From NCBI GenBank assembly GCA_039926605.1, contig JBDSWR010000038.1:21186-85185 (forward strand): a stretch of DNA of 64,000 bases, given 5' to 3'. This document shows, in pieces, positions 41,500 to 51,239 of this stretch. The notes below the pieces were generated by a model, which was not told the DNA's origin, searched no databases, and saw only the letters and a list, made by a program, of their open reading frames with translations. The DNA comes from Rhodanobacter sp. Its GTDB lineage: Bacteria > Pseudomonadota > Gammaproteobacteria > Xanthomonadales > Rhodanobacteraceae. The position numbers and the translations under genes are program-made. Numbering within the stretch: position 1 is the first letter of the stretch; each line of letters opens with the position of its first letter.

Positions 41500-42432
41500 T
41501 CAGTGCACCGATTTGCGCTTGCCGGACGTGATCACCACCACCCCCAACACGATGACCGCCATGCCGCTCAGGTCGATCGAGCCGACCTGCTCACCAGCCA
41601 GCAACACGCCCAGCAAGACCGCGACGGGCGGGTTCACGTAGGCGTAGCTGGTGGCCACGGCTGGTCGCGCGCGTTGCAGCACGTACAAGTACGCATTGAA
41701 TGCGATGATTGAGCCAAACACTGCCAGATAAGCGACGGCCAACGTCGCCCGCATGGTCGGATGGGCGGGCAGGCGCTCGCCGCTGACGATGCCAATCAGC
41801 AGCAGCACCACACTGCCGCATACCATTTGTGCGGCGGTGTTCATCGCCCCGGGTGGCATTTCGCGGTGGCGACTCCACGCCGAACCGAACGCCCACGCTG
41901 CGGCCGCCAGCAGCAGTGCCACGGCACCGATGCGCGAACCGGACAAGCTGCTGCCCAGGTTCAAGACGATGACGCCGGCAAAGCCGATCAGCAGACCGAC
42001 TGTCTCTCGCCGATTTGCCCACTCGCCATACATGCCGGTAAACAGCACAGCGAACAACGGCATGCTGGCCACGGCGACGGCGGCGATCCCCGAACCCACA
42101 CGTTGCTCCGCAAAGCACACCAGACCATTGCCCAGCCCGAGCAGAAACACGCTGCTGAATGCGGCGTTGCGCCACTGCACCGCGCTCGGTGCGGGCGTGC
42201 CGCGCAGCCGCAAAAAGCCGTACAGCGCACCGCCGGCGCACAAAAAGCGCAGCCCGGCGAGCAGGAACGGCGGATAGCTTTCCAGGGCGTAGTGGATGCC
42301 GAGGTAGGTTGAGCCCCAGATCAGGTACAACGCTGCCATCGACAGCGGGATCAGTACGCGTGGATCGTGCAGATGGCGCGTTGCCACAGGAGCGGCACGC
42401 GTGGGCGGGGGAGACATGCGCAAGCGCCACAA
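41500..42432 (-). CDS. EamA/DMT-family transporter
   Basis: Ten predicted TM helices and a duplicated EamA pattern (LYLIWGSTYLGI...). The exact start is uncertain (42432 or 42417). Confidence 0.85.
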   Translation of the reverse strand: MWRLRMSPPPTRAAPVATRHLHDPRVLIPLSMAALYLIWGSTYLGIHYALESYPPFLLAGLRFLCAGGALYGFLRLRGTPAPSAVQWRNAAFSSVFLLGLGNGLVCFAEQRVGSGIAAVAVASMPLFAVLFTGMYGEWANRRETVGLLIGFAGVIVLNLGSSLSGSRIGAVALLLAAAAWAFGSAWSRHREMPPGAMNTAAQMVCGSVVLLLIGIVSGERLPAHPTMRATLAVAYLAVFGSIIAFNAYLYVLQRARPAVATSYAYVNPPVAVLLGVLLAGEQVGSIDLSGMAVIVLGVVVITSGKRKSVH

Positions 42433-42604
42433 GGAGGTGGCGCATTATCCTTGAGCGACTGGGGTTGTGCGAGTGCGCGCTTGGCACTTGACCGCAGCGT
42501 GTTGTGCCTGCTCAGGCTGCGCGCGGCGTTTGCGCGCCGCGCGGTAGTCCTTGCCGGTTGGTGATGGGGCCGGATGCCTGTAGCGGCACCATGGGACGGG
42601 TTTT

Positions 42605-42889
42605 TCAGCGTGTTGCGGGGCCCTCGCGTCGCAGCACGACGAACTCGCCTTCCAGCACCTTCGGTTGAGCGTCAGGAGATGCGGTGACGTTCGCGCTGGG
42701 AGCGGCGATTTGGCGCTTGCGCGTCCAGTAACGCCACACCAGCAGCGCACTGCCACCCACGAGCAGGATGCCAGCCGCCAGCAAGCCGAAGATCAGCAGC
42801 AGCCCCAGCAACGCCAGTCCAACGACCAGCGACAGCACGCGGGCAAGCGGGTGGCGAGGGCGGCGCAGCAATGGCAGTTGGAAATACAT
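42605..42889 (-). CDS. Small hypothetical membrane protein
   Basis: A 94-aa ORF with good third-position GC and two hydrophobic helices (VLSLVVGLALLGLLLIFGLLAAGILLVGGSALLVW). No family recognised. Confidence 0.5.
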   Translation of the reverse strand: MYFQLPLLRRPRHPLARVLSLVVGLALLGLLLIFGLLAAGILLVGGSALLVWRYWTRKRQIAAPSANVTASPDAQPKVLEGEFVVLRREGPATR

Positions 42890-42967
42890 GTGTTAAAAAC
42901 CTGTGTGGTAAAATCAATGACTTAGGTGTGTAACGATGGGGCCATTGGCCTCTTGAGGCAAGTGCTG

Positions 42968-43318
42968 ATGGATACACCTTTGCTGGTTAAACCTTTGTGT
43001 CGCCTCGCCGATATTCCGGTAGAAGGCGCCACTGCGGTGGATGCCGTGCTGCGTGATGGTATCGACAGCGTCATCGTGCTGCGCCGGAATGGCCAAGTGC
43101 ACGCGTACCTCAATGTTTGCCCGCATGCGGGTCGGCGCCTTGACTACGCGCCGGGCAAGTTCCTGCTCAAGCACGATACCCTGATCTGTGCCGTCCACGG
43201 CGCGACATTCAAGCAGACCAGCGGCCTGTGCGTCGGCGGACCGTGCTGCGGCGACAGCTTGCGCGAGCTGGCGTTGCGCATTGACGGCGACGCGGTGTAC
43301 CTCGGCGACGGCGAGTGA
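42968..43318 (+). CDS. Rieske [2Fe-2S] domain protein
   Basis: CPHAGRRL ... CAVHGATF is the Rieske CxH...CxxH motif pair. The antisense ORF 42914..43492 has no motif. Confidence 0.8.
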   Translation: MDTPLLVKPLCRLADIPVEGATAVDAVLRDGIDSVIVLRRNGQVHAYLNVCPHAGRRLDYAPGKFLLKHDTLICAVHGATFKQTSGLCVGGPCCGDSLRELALRIDGDAVYLGDGE

Positions 43319-43567
43319 CCGTCGTTCGGTGATCTTGCCGGGGTTGTCGTGGTCTTCCTTCATGGCGTTTTCTGCGGTCCGCGCAGGTACTGCGCTTTCT
43401 CCGGCGAATGCGGGAAAACAGCTCAGCAAGCTTCCATCTGCCTTTGTGCCGTCGCGACTTGCGCCACCCGGAACGCGGACCGGGCCGGACACGCCTCAGC
43501 ACCATGGAAGTGCCGCAGCGCGAGTTTTCTCATTCCGGCACATGCCCAAGTTGTTCGATAACGACAG

Positions 43568-43583
43568 GTTCGCCATGGCGAAC
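43568..43583. promoter_or_regulatory. 16-bp perfect palindrome in unassigned spacer
   Basis: GTTCGCCATGGCGAAC. Function unknown. Confidence 0.2.
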
Positions 43584-43777
43584 TCCGAGCGTCGCGACAG
43601 GTCGAAGATATGGCCGCATGTTCAGGAGCTCCCCCACAACGCCGGATGATGACGCGCAGCAATGGTGAGGTGACCGATCGACAGCCTGCAGGTGTTTCCG
43701 CATGGGATGTGGTGGATTGCAGCGCAGTCACGCACACGCTTTGCGTTCAACTCTGATTTGAGGAGTCATTCAGCGCC

Positions 43778-44212
43778 GTGATCAAACGAATACTCACCGT
43801 ATGCATAGGCAACATCTGTCGCAGTCCGACCGCGGAGTACGTGCTGCGGCAGCGATTGGCGTCACACGATGTCCAGATCACCAGCGCCGGCTTGCATGCG
43901 CTGAGGGGAAAGCCAATGGCGGACACTGCACTGCAGGTGCTGACCGAGCATGGCATCGATGGAACGGCGCATCGCGCGCGCCAGCTCACTCCTGCCATGC
44001 TCCGTGCGGCGGATCTGGTGCTTGGCGTCGAGAAGATCCACCTCGAAGCCATGATCCAGCTGCTGCCGGAAGCGCGCGGCAAGATCTTCCTGGTCGATCA
44101 CTGGGTAAGTCGGCGTGACATTCCCGATCCGTACATGCAGCAACGCGCGGACTTCGTGCATGCCTTCGGCATGATCGAAGAAGGTGTCGATGCCTGGCTG
44201 CTCCATCTGTAG
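43778..44212 (+). CDS. Low-molecular-weight protein-tyrosine phosphatase
   Basis: ILTVCIGNICRSPTAE (CX5R-S/T P-loop) and a C-terminal DP motif (RRDIPDPY). GTG start. Confidence 0.9.
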   Translation: MIKRILTVCIGNICRSPTAEYVLRQRLASHDVQITSAGLHALRGKPMADTALQVLTEHGIDGTAHRARQLTPAMLRAADLVLGVEKIHLEAMIQLLPEARGKIFLVDHWVSRRDIPDPYMQQRADFVHAFGMIEEGVDAWLLHL

Positions 44213-44579
44213 CGTCTTTACCTACGGAGCAAAGCGACGCCGATCAGCGTGGCTGCGCGTTGCCGCCTACCTGGCCGGCGCCCTGGGTGCAGGTCGAGCA
44301 AAACATGTTCGATCCACCAGGCTTGAGTGTCGTCAGCCAACAATGCGCAGGTAAAGCGTCGGAGCAACCACGCAGAACATGCGGTGCACCGGCAGCTTTG
44401 ACCGCAACGCCGTGGTCGTGACGCGATGTCTTGAGCGTCAGCTTTGTCGTGTACCGCCGCGTTCCGTTGACACCCGAGATAGTGGCCGCGTCACGACTGG
44501 GCGTCAGCAGCGATTTGCCGGGGTCGATCTGCACCTTGAGAGGTGCAGGCGCGCCGGTTGAGTTGTAGTTCGCTCCGAC

Positions 44580-45932
44580 TCACGCCTGCCCAAGCACTGC
44601 GCTGATTTCAGCGGTGCGGTCCTGCATCAGCGCGGTATCGCCGCGTGATTCCACGTTGAGCCGCAGCAACGGCTCGGTGTTGGAACTGCGCAGGTTGAAG
44701 CGCCACTGGCCGAAGTCGGCGCTGATCCCGTCAGTGTGGTCAAGCGCGGGAGTCGGGTTGGCGAAGTGTGCGAGCACCCGGGCGGTGGCTGCGCTGGCGT
44801 CGGCGACCTTGAAGTTGATTTCTCCACTACACGGGTAGGCGCGCATGCGCTCATCCAGCATCTCGGCCAGCGTTTGCCCATTGGCGGAAATCAGCTCGGC
44901 GATCAGCAGCCACGGGATCATTCCCGAGTCGCAGTACGCGAAGCTGCGAAAGTAGTGGTGGGCGCTCATCTCGCCGCCATAAATAGCGTTCTCGGCGCGC
45001 ATGCGTTCCTTGATGAACGCGTGCCCGGTCTTGCTCAGCACCGGGATGCCACCGGCGGCGCGCACCATTTCGATGGTGTTCCAGGTAAGGCGTGGGTCGT
45101 GGATGATCTTGCCGCCGGGGAAGCGTGCCAGCAGCGCGGTGGCCAGCAGGCCGACCAGGTAATAGCCCTCGATGAAGCGCCCATCCGCGTCGAAGAAGAA
45201 GCAGCGGTCAAAGTCACCATCCCAGGCCACGCCGAAGTCGGCGTCGTGCGCACGTACTGCGGCAGCAGTGACATCGCGGTGTTCGGAAAGTAGTGGGTTG
45301 GGGATGCCATTGGGGAAATGGCCGTCCGGTTCGTGCTGAAGGCGGATGAACTCGAACGGCAGGTGGGAGGCGAGCTGATCCACCACGATGCCGGCGCCGC
45401 CATTGCCCGCGTTGACCACGATCTTCAGCGGCTTCAACCGGTCGCGCTGGACATAGCCAAGCAGGTGGTCGATGTAGGCCGACTTGTCAGTCATCGTGCG
45501 CGGTGTGGCGACGCCGGACGCAATCGTCTTGTGGTAGCTGCCGGCAAAGTCGCGAATAGCGAACAGCCCGCTGTCGCCGCTGATCGGCCGCGAGCCTTCG
45601 CGCAGCAGCTTCATGCCGTTGTAGTCCATCGGATTGTGGCTGGCAGTAACCATCACGCCGCCGGCCGCGCCGAGATGGTTGGTCTGGAAATACACCTCTT
45701 CGGTGCCGCCCATACCAATGTCGATCACCTCGCGTCCGGCGGCGTGAAAACCATCGGCCAGTGCTGCCTGCAACGCCGGACTGCTCAAACGTACATCTCG
45801 CCCCAGTACCACCGGGCCCGGGTCCAGTTGCGCGGCCATCGCTACGCCAATCCGGCGCGCCAGATCGTCGTCGAGCTCGTCAGGCACGCGACCGCGGATG
45901 TCGTAGGCTTTGAAGCAGGGTAGTGGGGTCAT
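44580..45932 (-). CDS. algC: Phosphomannomutase/phosphoglucomutase
   Basis: [11 protein letters not shown], active-site TASHNP, DGDFDRC and [12 protein letters not shown] motifs. XanA/AlgC type. Confidence 0.93.
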   Translation of the reverse strand: MTPLPCFKAYDIRGRVPDELDDDLARRIGVAMAAQLDPGPVVLGRDVRLSSPALQAALADGFHAAGREVIDIGMGGTEEVYFQTNHLGAAGGVMVTASHNPMDYNGMKLLREGSRPISGDSGLFAIRDFAGSYHKTIASGVATPRTMTDKSAYIDHLLGYVQRDRLKPLKIVVNAGNGGAGIVVDQLASHLPFEFIRLQHEPDGHFPNGIPNPLLSEHRDVTAAAVRAHDADFGVAWDGDFDRCFFFDADGRFIEGYYLVGLLATALLARFPGGKIIHDPRLTWNTIEMVRAAGGIPVLSKTGHAFIKERMRAENAIYGGEMSAHHYFRSFAYCDSGMIPWLLIAELISANGQTLAEMLDERMRAYPCSGEINFKVADASAATARVLAHFANPTPALDHTDGISADFGQWRFNLRSSNTEPLLRLNVESRGDTALMQDRTAEISAVLGQA

Positions 45933-46265
45933 GCAAGTAGCTCGACAGTGCGATCAAATGTGCATTGTACTCAGGAGTGGGATCCGACCTCATGCGTCAG
46001 CGCAGAGATGCGCTGGTGAAACTGGAGGGCGGAGCCGGCCGTGCATCCCGTGGCGGGCTTTCGCTGGACGGGTGCGGCTCGGCGGCTCTGGTCGTTCTTG
46101 TCGTGTCCCCGTCGCGTGGCACGAAGGGTGTGGTCCGTGATTGCTTCACCTGCCAGGTTGTGAATGAGGCCGCCGGGCCGGTGCCGTGGCGCCCGGCTCG
46201 TTTGCAGGTGAAGCTGGTGAGCGGTGCCCGTCCAGCGCGTGATAGCAGGCGTTAGTGCAGTGGGC

Positions 46266-48113
46266 TCAATGGAACATCAGGTTGATTGCGATCAAGGTAA
46301 CTACCAAGATCAGTCCGGTCAGCGGCAGACCCACGCGCAGGAAGTCCCTGCTCTTGTAGCCGCCTGGGCCGGTGACCATCATCAGCGCCGGATGCCCGGA
46401 GCTGAGCAGGAAGGTGTTGGAGGACGACACTGCCACAATCAACGCATACGCCGACGGGTTGCCGCCGGTCGCCACGGCGACGCTGATGGCTACCGGCACC
46501 ATCATCACCGTGGCGCCGACGTTGGACATCACCTGCGAGAACAGCAGCGTGAGCACGGCCAGCACCAGTTGCAGAACGTACGGCGAAAACGCGCCGAAAA
46601 TATGCACGACCTGTTGCGCGAGCCACGCGGCAGTGCCCGTGGAATCCATCGACCAACCCAGCGGGATCAGGCAGGCGATGACGAACACGGTCTTCCAGTT
46701 GATCGCCTTGTACGCCTCGTCCATGTCCAGCACGCCCGACAGCAGCATGGCGATGGCGCCGGTCATCATGGCTACGGATAGGTCCAGGCCGGTGAACAAC
46801 GCCAGCCCCTGCGCCATCAGGAAAAAGCCGACTGCCTGCCAGATCTTGGTTGGACGTTGCTCGTCCTTGGGAATGTCGGTGACGACAACCAGGTCCTTGT
46901 CTTCCGCCGCCAGGGTCAGGTCGCGCCAGTTGCTGTGCAGCACCACCGTATCGCCGGCGCGCAGGCTGATCGCACGCACGTCTTCGTGAAAAACCTGCTC
47001 GCCGCGATTCACTGCCAGCACGGAAATACCGAAGCGCTTGCGCAGTCGCAGTTCGCCGATGGTGTGCTTGATGAAACGCGACACCGGCGGGATCACCACT
47101 TCGGAAATGCCCGCGCGCGTGGGGTTGAACAACTCGCCAAGCTGCTGCATGCGCGTGGACAGGCGGCATAGCTGGTTGTTCGCAAAGCGGTTGAGTTGTT
47201 CGCGCGGACCCAGCACGCCAAGTACCGAACCGACCCAGATCACATGGTCGGACGGCGGCGCCATGCGCGCTTCGTTGCCGCTCTTGATTGCCAGGATCAG
47301 TGGCGGCTCGTGCAGTTGTTCCACTTCGCCGATGCTCATGCCGACCAGTGGGCTTTCTGCAGTGACAGTGAGCTCGGCGGTGTCGCCGACGATGCCATAG
47401 GCGTCGGCGAAGTAGCTCTCGGTGCGCCCGGGCGTCACCTTCAGCCGCTGATCCTCACGGGCGGGCAGCAGCTTCGCGCCGAACAGGTAGAAATACAGCA
47501 CGCCCACCGCGCCTAGTGCCAACCCGATCGGCGTCACGCTGAACAGGCCGAACTTCGGGATGGTATGGGCGCCGGGCAGCAGGTTGGCGTTGGCGCTGGC
47601 GATCAGGTCATTCAGTACGATCAGCGCCGAGTTCGCAATCAACGTGGTGTTGGTTGCAGCGAGGATGCAGAACGCCATTGGCAACAACAGCCGCGACAGC
47701 GGCACGCCGGTGCGTGCGGACAAGCGGCTGCTGATCGGGATCATCAGTGCGGCCAGTGCCTGGCTGGGGATGACCGCGCTGAACATGCTGGCGACCACAT
47801 TGATCACCACGCCCAGGCGTGACTCGACCCCGTTCGCCAGGCGCACCACGAATTGCGCGGTCAGGTTGAGCACCCCGGCGCGATCCAGGCCTTCGCCCAT
47901 GATCATGATGGCGATGATCGCGATCACCGCCGTGCCCGAGAAACCGTTGAACACGCGCTCGGGCGGAATCAGCCCGGTCAGCCCGATGGTGACCACCACC
48001 AACAGCGCCACCATGTCCGCGCGAATCCATTCCAGCACCAGCATCAACATGGTGAACGCCAACAGGCCGAGCACCAGGATCATGTCAGGAGTGAGCGCAA
48101 GTCCCACTAGCAT
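46266..48113 (-). CDS. SLC13/DASS-type anion permease with two central TrkA-C (RCK_C) domains
   Basis: Two polytopic halves flank soluble repeats (VTAESPLVGMSIGEV..., LRAGDTVVLHSN...). Confidence 0.85.
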   Translation of the reverse strand: MLVGLALTPDMILVLGLLAFTMLMLVLEWIRADMVALLVVVTIGLTGLIPPERVFNGFSGTAVIAIIAIMIMGEGLDRAGVLNLTAQFVVRLANGVESRLGVVINVVASMFSAVIPSQALAALMIPISSRLSARTGVPLSRLLLPMAFCILAATNTTLIANSALIVLNDLIASANANLLPGAHTIPKFGLFSVTPIGLALGAVGVLYFYLFGAKLLPAREDQRLKVTPGRTESYFADAYGIVGDTAELTVTAESPLVGMSIGEVEQLHEPPLILAIKSGNEARMAPPSDHVIWVGSVLGVLGPREQLNRFANNQLCRLSTRMQQLGELFNPTRAGISEVVIPPVSRFIKHTIGELRLRKRFGISVLAVNRGEQVFHEDVRAISLRAGDTVVLHSNWRDLTLAAEDKDLVVVTDIPKDEQRPTKIWQAVGFFLMAQGLALFTGLDLSVAMMTGAIAMLLSGVLDMDEAYKAINWKTVFVIACLIPLGWSMDSTGTAAWLAQQVVHIFGAFSPYVLQLVLAVLTLLFSQVMSNVGATVMMVPVAISVAVATGGNPSAYALIVAVSSSNTFLLSSGHPALMMVTGPGGYKSRDFLRVGLPLTGLILVVTLIAINLMFH

Positions 48114-48500
48114 GCGTCCCGCAAGGGCCGATGACGACGATGGTTACAAGGGAGCAGTGGAGACTTCACGCTGCGTCGATGCGTCCCTGGGTGGATTTCC
48201 CAAGTATAGGCGGCTGCGCGCCCTGGCTGGTGAATCGCAGTCGAGGGTGGTCGTTTTTGTCGGGGCCTCCCCAGCAGCAGCGGAATCAATGGCGATGCTC
48301 GTGGCAGATTCGCGGCATATTCTTGCAGGAGCGACTTCAGTCGCGATGCTCATGCCTTCCGGATGGACCAGGTCCACGGCCAGCGCCACTGAAGGCAGTC
48401 GCTTTTGCAGGATTCTTCGCCAGCGGGGCCGGGCAATAATCTATCGCTCCATCGCGACATGGAGATATATACTCGGCAACACTGCGACCGGAGCCCGGCG

Positions 48501-49325
48501 ATGCCCACCATCAGCTTTGAGTTTTTCCCACCCAAGACCGACGACCAGCGCGCGCAGCTCGATCGCGCAGCGCACGCGCTCCAGGCTCATCAACCCGAGT
48601 ACGCGTCGGTGACGTTTGGTGCTGGCGGTTCAACCTTGAGTTACACCAGCGAGACAGCGCAGCGCCTGCATGTCATGCACGGGTTGTCGGTTGCCCCGCA
48701 CCTGTCGTGTGCCGGTGGTACGCGTGCGGAGTTGGCGACCTTGCTCGACAGCTATCGGGCCGCCGGCTACAGGCGCTTGATTGCGTTGCGCGGCGATCTG
48801 CCATCGGGCATGGCCTCGACGGGTGATTTTCGGTACGCCGCCGAGTTGGTGGCGTTCATCCGCGAGCGCAGTGGCGATCACTTTCACATCGAAGTGGCCG
48901 CCTATCCGGAGACCCATCCGCAAGCGGAGAACGCGCTGCGCGACCTGCAGCATTTCAAGTCCAAGATTGATGCTGGCGCCGATGGTGCCATCACCCAGTA
49001 TTTCTTCAATGCGGATGCGTATTTCCGCTTTGTCGACGATGTCGCCAAGCTCGGGGTGAACGTACCGATCGTGCCGGGGATCATGCCGATTTCCAGTTAC
49101 AGCCAGTTGCAGCGCTTCTCGGACATGTGCGGGGCGGAAATCCCGCGCTGGATTGCCAAGCGCATGCAGGCGCTCGGCGATGATGCCGAGTCGGTACGTG
49201 CGTTGGGTACCGAAGTCGTGGCGCAGTTGTGTCGACGCTTGCTGGATGGCGGTGCGCCGGGGCTGCATATCTACACGCTCAACCGTTCGAAGGCGCCGCG
49301 CGCGATTTTGCAGCAACTGGATTGA
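48501..49325 (+). CDS. metF: 5,10-methylenetetrahydrofolate reductase
   Basis: ISFEFFPPKT, SVTFGAGGST, ITQYFFN and GVNVPIVPGIMPI motifs. The start is at MPTISF (48501). Confidence 0.93.
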   Translation: MPTISFEFFPPKTDDQRAQLDRAAHALQAHQPEYASVTFGAGGSTLSYTSETAQRLHVMHGLSVAPHLSCAGGTRAELATLLDSYRAAGYRRLIALRGDLPSGMASTGDFRYAAELVAFIRERSGDHFHIEVAAYPETHPQAENALRDLQHFKSKIDAGADGAITQYFFNADAYFRFVDDVAKLGVNVPIVPGIMPISSYSQLQRFSDMCGAEIPRWIAKRMQALGDDAESVRALGTEVVAQLCRRLLDGGAPGLHIYTLNRSKAPRAILQQLD

Positions 49326-49466
49326 CCCGGCGCGACTGACGCAGTCCGACGGTAGTCACGCTCTGCTCCCGGGCGCGTCATCATGACCGGCAAGAGCCAG
49401 CCGCGCGGGATCGTCTTCGCACCCACCGCGGCGGCACTGGGGCGACGCTGCCGATAGCCCTATGCT

Positions 49467-50090
49467 GTGCGGATGCGCCGGATACTTGCACTGCTCTTTC
49501 TGGTCGTCATCCTGGTGGCGGCCCCGGCCATCGCGCAAACCCAGATCCATCGCTGCATGGGTGCCGATGGCAATCTGGTGTTCACCGATCAACTGTGTGA
49601 GGCATTGAATGCCACGCCGCTGGCGCGCACGCTGCCGCCTCCAGGCGCAAGTGCGGAATCATCGAGGCCGGCTGTGTTGTGTGCGGCGGACATGGCGGCG
49701 CTGAAGCAGGCAGTCATGGACGCGTTCGTCAATCGTGATGCCAATCGCCTGGCCGGCTTGATGCTGTGGGGCGGCTACGGTCACGGCATGGCAGTTGCCG
49801 ACATCCGCTCGCTGCAGAGGATGATGCGCGAACCGTTGCTGGATTTCGGGCCGCCCGAGGAATCCGTTGCCGGACACCTCGCGACAGACGACAGCTACAC
49901 ACGCGAGTTCCATCCTTTTGACGCCAGCGCCAGCGCGAGCGTCCCGGCAACGCCGCCGCCAACCGCGCCCGCGTCCGACAAAACGTTCGTGCTGCGTACC
50001 AGCGCCAGCGGCGATGGCGCGCAGTCGCACGAAATGCGCTTCAACGTGGTGCGCCGCTCCGGCTGCTTGTGGCTGCGCAGCGCAGACTGA
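49467..50090 (+). CDS. Secreted hypothetical protein with an N-terminal DUF4124-like motif
   Basis: Signal peptide (ILALLFLVVILVAAPAIAQ), then IHRCMGADGNLVFTDQLCE, resembling the DUF4124 pattern. The rest is unrecognised. Confidence 0.6.
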   Translation: MRMRRILALLFLVVILVAAPAIAQTQIHRCMGADGNLVFTDQLCEALNATPLARTLPPPGASAESSRPAVLCAADMAALKQAVMDAFVNRDANRLAGLMLWGGYGHGMAVADIRSLQRMMREPLLDFGPPEESVAGHLATDDSYTREFHPFDASASASVPATPPPTAPASDKTFVLRTSASGDGAQSHEMRFNVVRRSGCLWLRSAD

Positions 50091-50169
50091 ACCGCGTTGC
50101 ACGCTGCGCAGCACAACGCCACGCCGTGAGCGCACGACTATCATGGGCAATCTTCCGTGGAGAAATGAC

Positions 50170-51087
50170 ATGGCGCAGCAATACCCTGAATGGATTTGGC
50201 AGAATGGCGAAATCAAGCCGTGGAAGGATGCGACGGCGCATGTCATGTCCCATGCATTGCATTACGGCTCCTCCGTGTTCGAGGGCATGCGCAGCTACGC
50301 CACGCCCGATGGTGCGGCCATTTTCCGTCTCACCGACCATCTGCACCGGCTGTTTCATTCGGCCAAGATCTACGACATGGTGTTGCCCTACAGCGCAGAC
50401 GAGTTGGCTGCGGCCAGCCGTGCGGTGATCAGCAAGAACGGTCTGGCGGCGTCGTATATCCGTCCCGTGGCGTATCGCGGCCTGGGCGGCTTCGGCCTGT
50501 CGGCGGAGACTCCGATTGACGTGGCTGTGGCAGCGTGGCCGATGGGCCCGTACCTCGGTGCCGAGGCGCTGGAGAACGGGATTACGGCATGCGTCTCCAG
50601 TTGGCAACGCTTTGCACCAAACACTATTCCGGCTGGCGCCAAGGCGGGGGGGAATTACCTCTCCGGCCAGCTCATAGCGCGCGAGGCGCGGCAGCGCGGC
50701 TTCGGCGAAGGTATCGCACTATCGTCGTCCGGCTTGCTCAGCGAGGGCGCCGGTGAAAACCTGTTTCTGGTTTTTGATGGCGCGTTGCACACTCCGCCGG
50801 CGAGCGCTTCCATTCTGGCTGGGATCACGCGCGACAGCTTGAAGACGCTGGCACGCGAGGAAGGCATTGATGTGATTGAACGCGATCTGCCGCGAGAATA
50901 CCTGTATCTGGCCGACGAGGTGTTCATGTGCGGTACCGCCGCGGAGATCACGCCGATTCGCGCCGTCGACGGCAAACAGATTGGCGCCGGCAAGGCCGGA
51001 CCAGTCACGCGACGCTTGCAGGAATTGTTCTTTGGTTTGTTCGATGGCCGCACCCATGACAAGTGGGGCTGGCTGGAACAGGTCTGA
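50170..51087 (+). CDS. ilvE: Branched-chain amino acid aminotransferase
   Basis: IWQNGEIKPW, HALHYGSSVFEGMR, YIRP and the ENLFLV...ILAGITR motifs. ATG at 50170 follows GGAGA. Confidence 0.93.
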   Translation: MAQQYPEWIWQNGEIKPWKDATAHVMSHALHYGSSVFEGMRSYATPDGAAIFRLTDHLHRLFHSAKIYDMVLPYSADELAAASRAVISKNGLAASYIRPVAYRGLGGFGLSAETPIDVAVAAWPMGPYLGAEALENGITACVSSWQRFAPNTIPAGAKAGGNYLSGQLIAREARQRGFGEGIALSSSGLLSEGAGENLFLVFDGALHTPPASASILAGITRDSLKTLAREEGIDVIERDLPREYLYLADEVFMCGTAAEITPIRAVDGKQIGAGKAGPVTRRLQELFFGLFDGRTHDKWGWLEQV

Positions 51088-51239
51088 AGGTCAGGCTCGC
51101 CGTGCAACCGACTCACTCATGCGGTTGCCCGGCCGAGGCAGGACGCCGCTCGCGGGCGATGCGCCGGAGTTGAAGGTGTCAAGCGCAGGGCGGCCCACTG
51201 CAGGGCTGCGGCGTGTTGAGCGACCTTGTGCCCATCGGC

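Noticed and set aside
42914-43492. A 192-aa minus-strand ORF overlapping the Rieske gene.
   Set aside because: The plus-strand frame carries the CPH...CxxH Rieske motif pair. The minus frame has no motif, so it is treated as an antisense shadow.
43778-45932. The LMW tyrosine phosphatase plus algC/xanA as part of an exopolysaccharide (wza-wzb-wzc-like) cluster.
   Set aside because: No BY-kinase, Wza-like exporter, glycosyltransferase or flippase genes are present. The two genes are convergent and separated by unassigned DNA.
45965-46255. A 96-aa plus-strand ORF in the algC / SLC13 spacer.
   Set aside because: - There is no RBS and no motif, and the translation is Gly/Arg/Ala-rich.
- The codon-aligned antisense frame has equally high third-position GC.
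- It is most likely algC promoter/leader and transporter 3' region.
48300-48500. A second SAH riboswitch upstream of metF, suggested by AGGAGCGAC resembling AGGAGCGCUGCGAC.
   Set aside because: The other conserved blocks (CAGGCUCGG, AACGGCGCUCA) are absent. It is kept only as an unclassified structured element in the findings.
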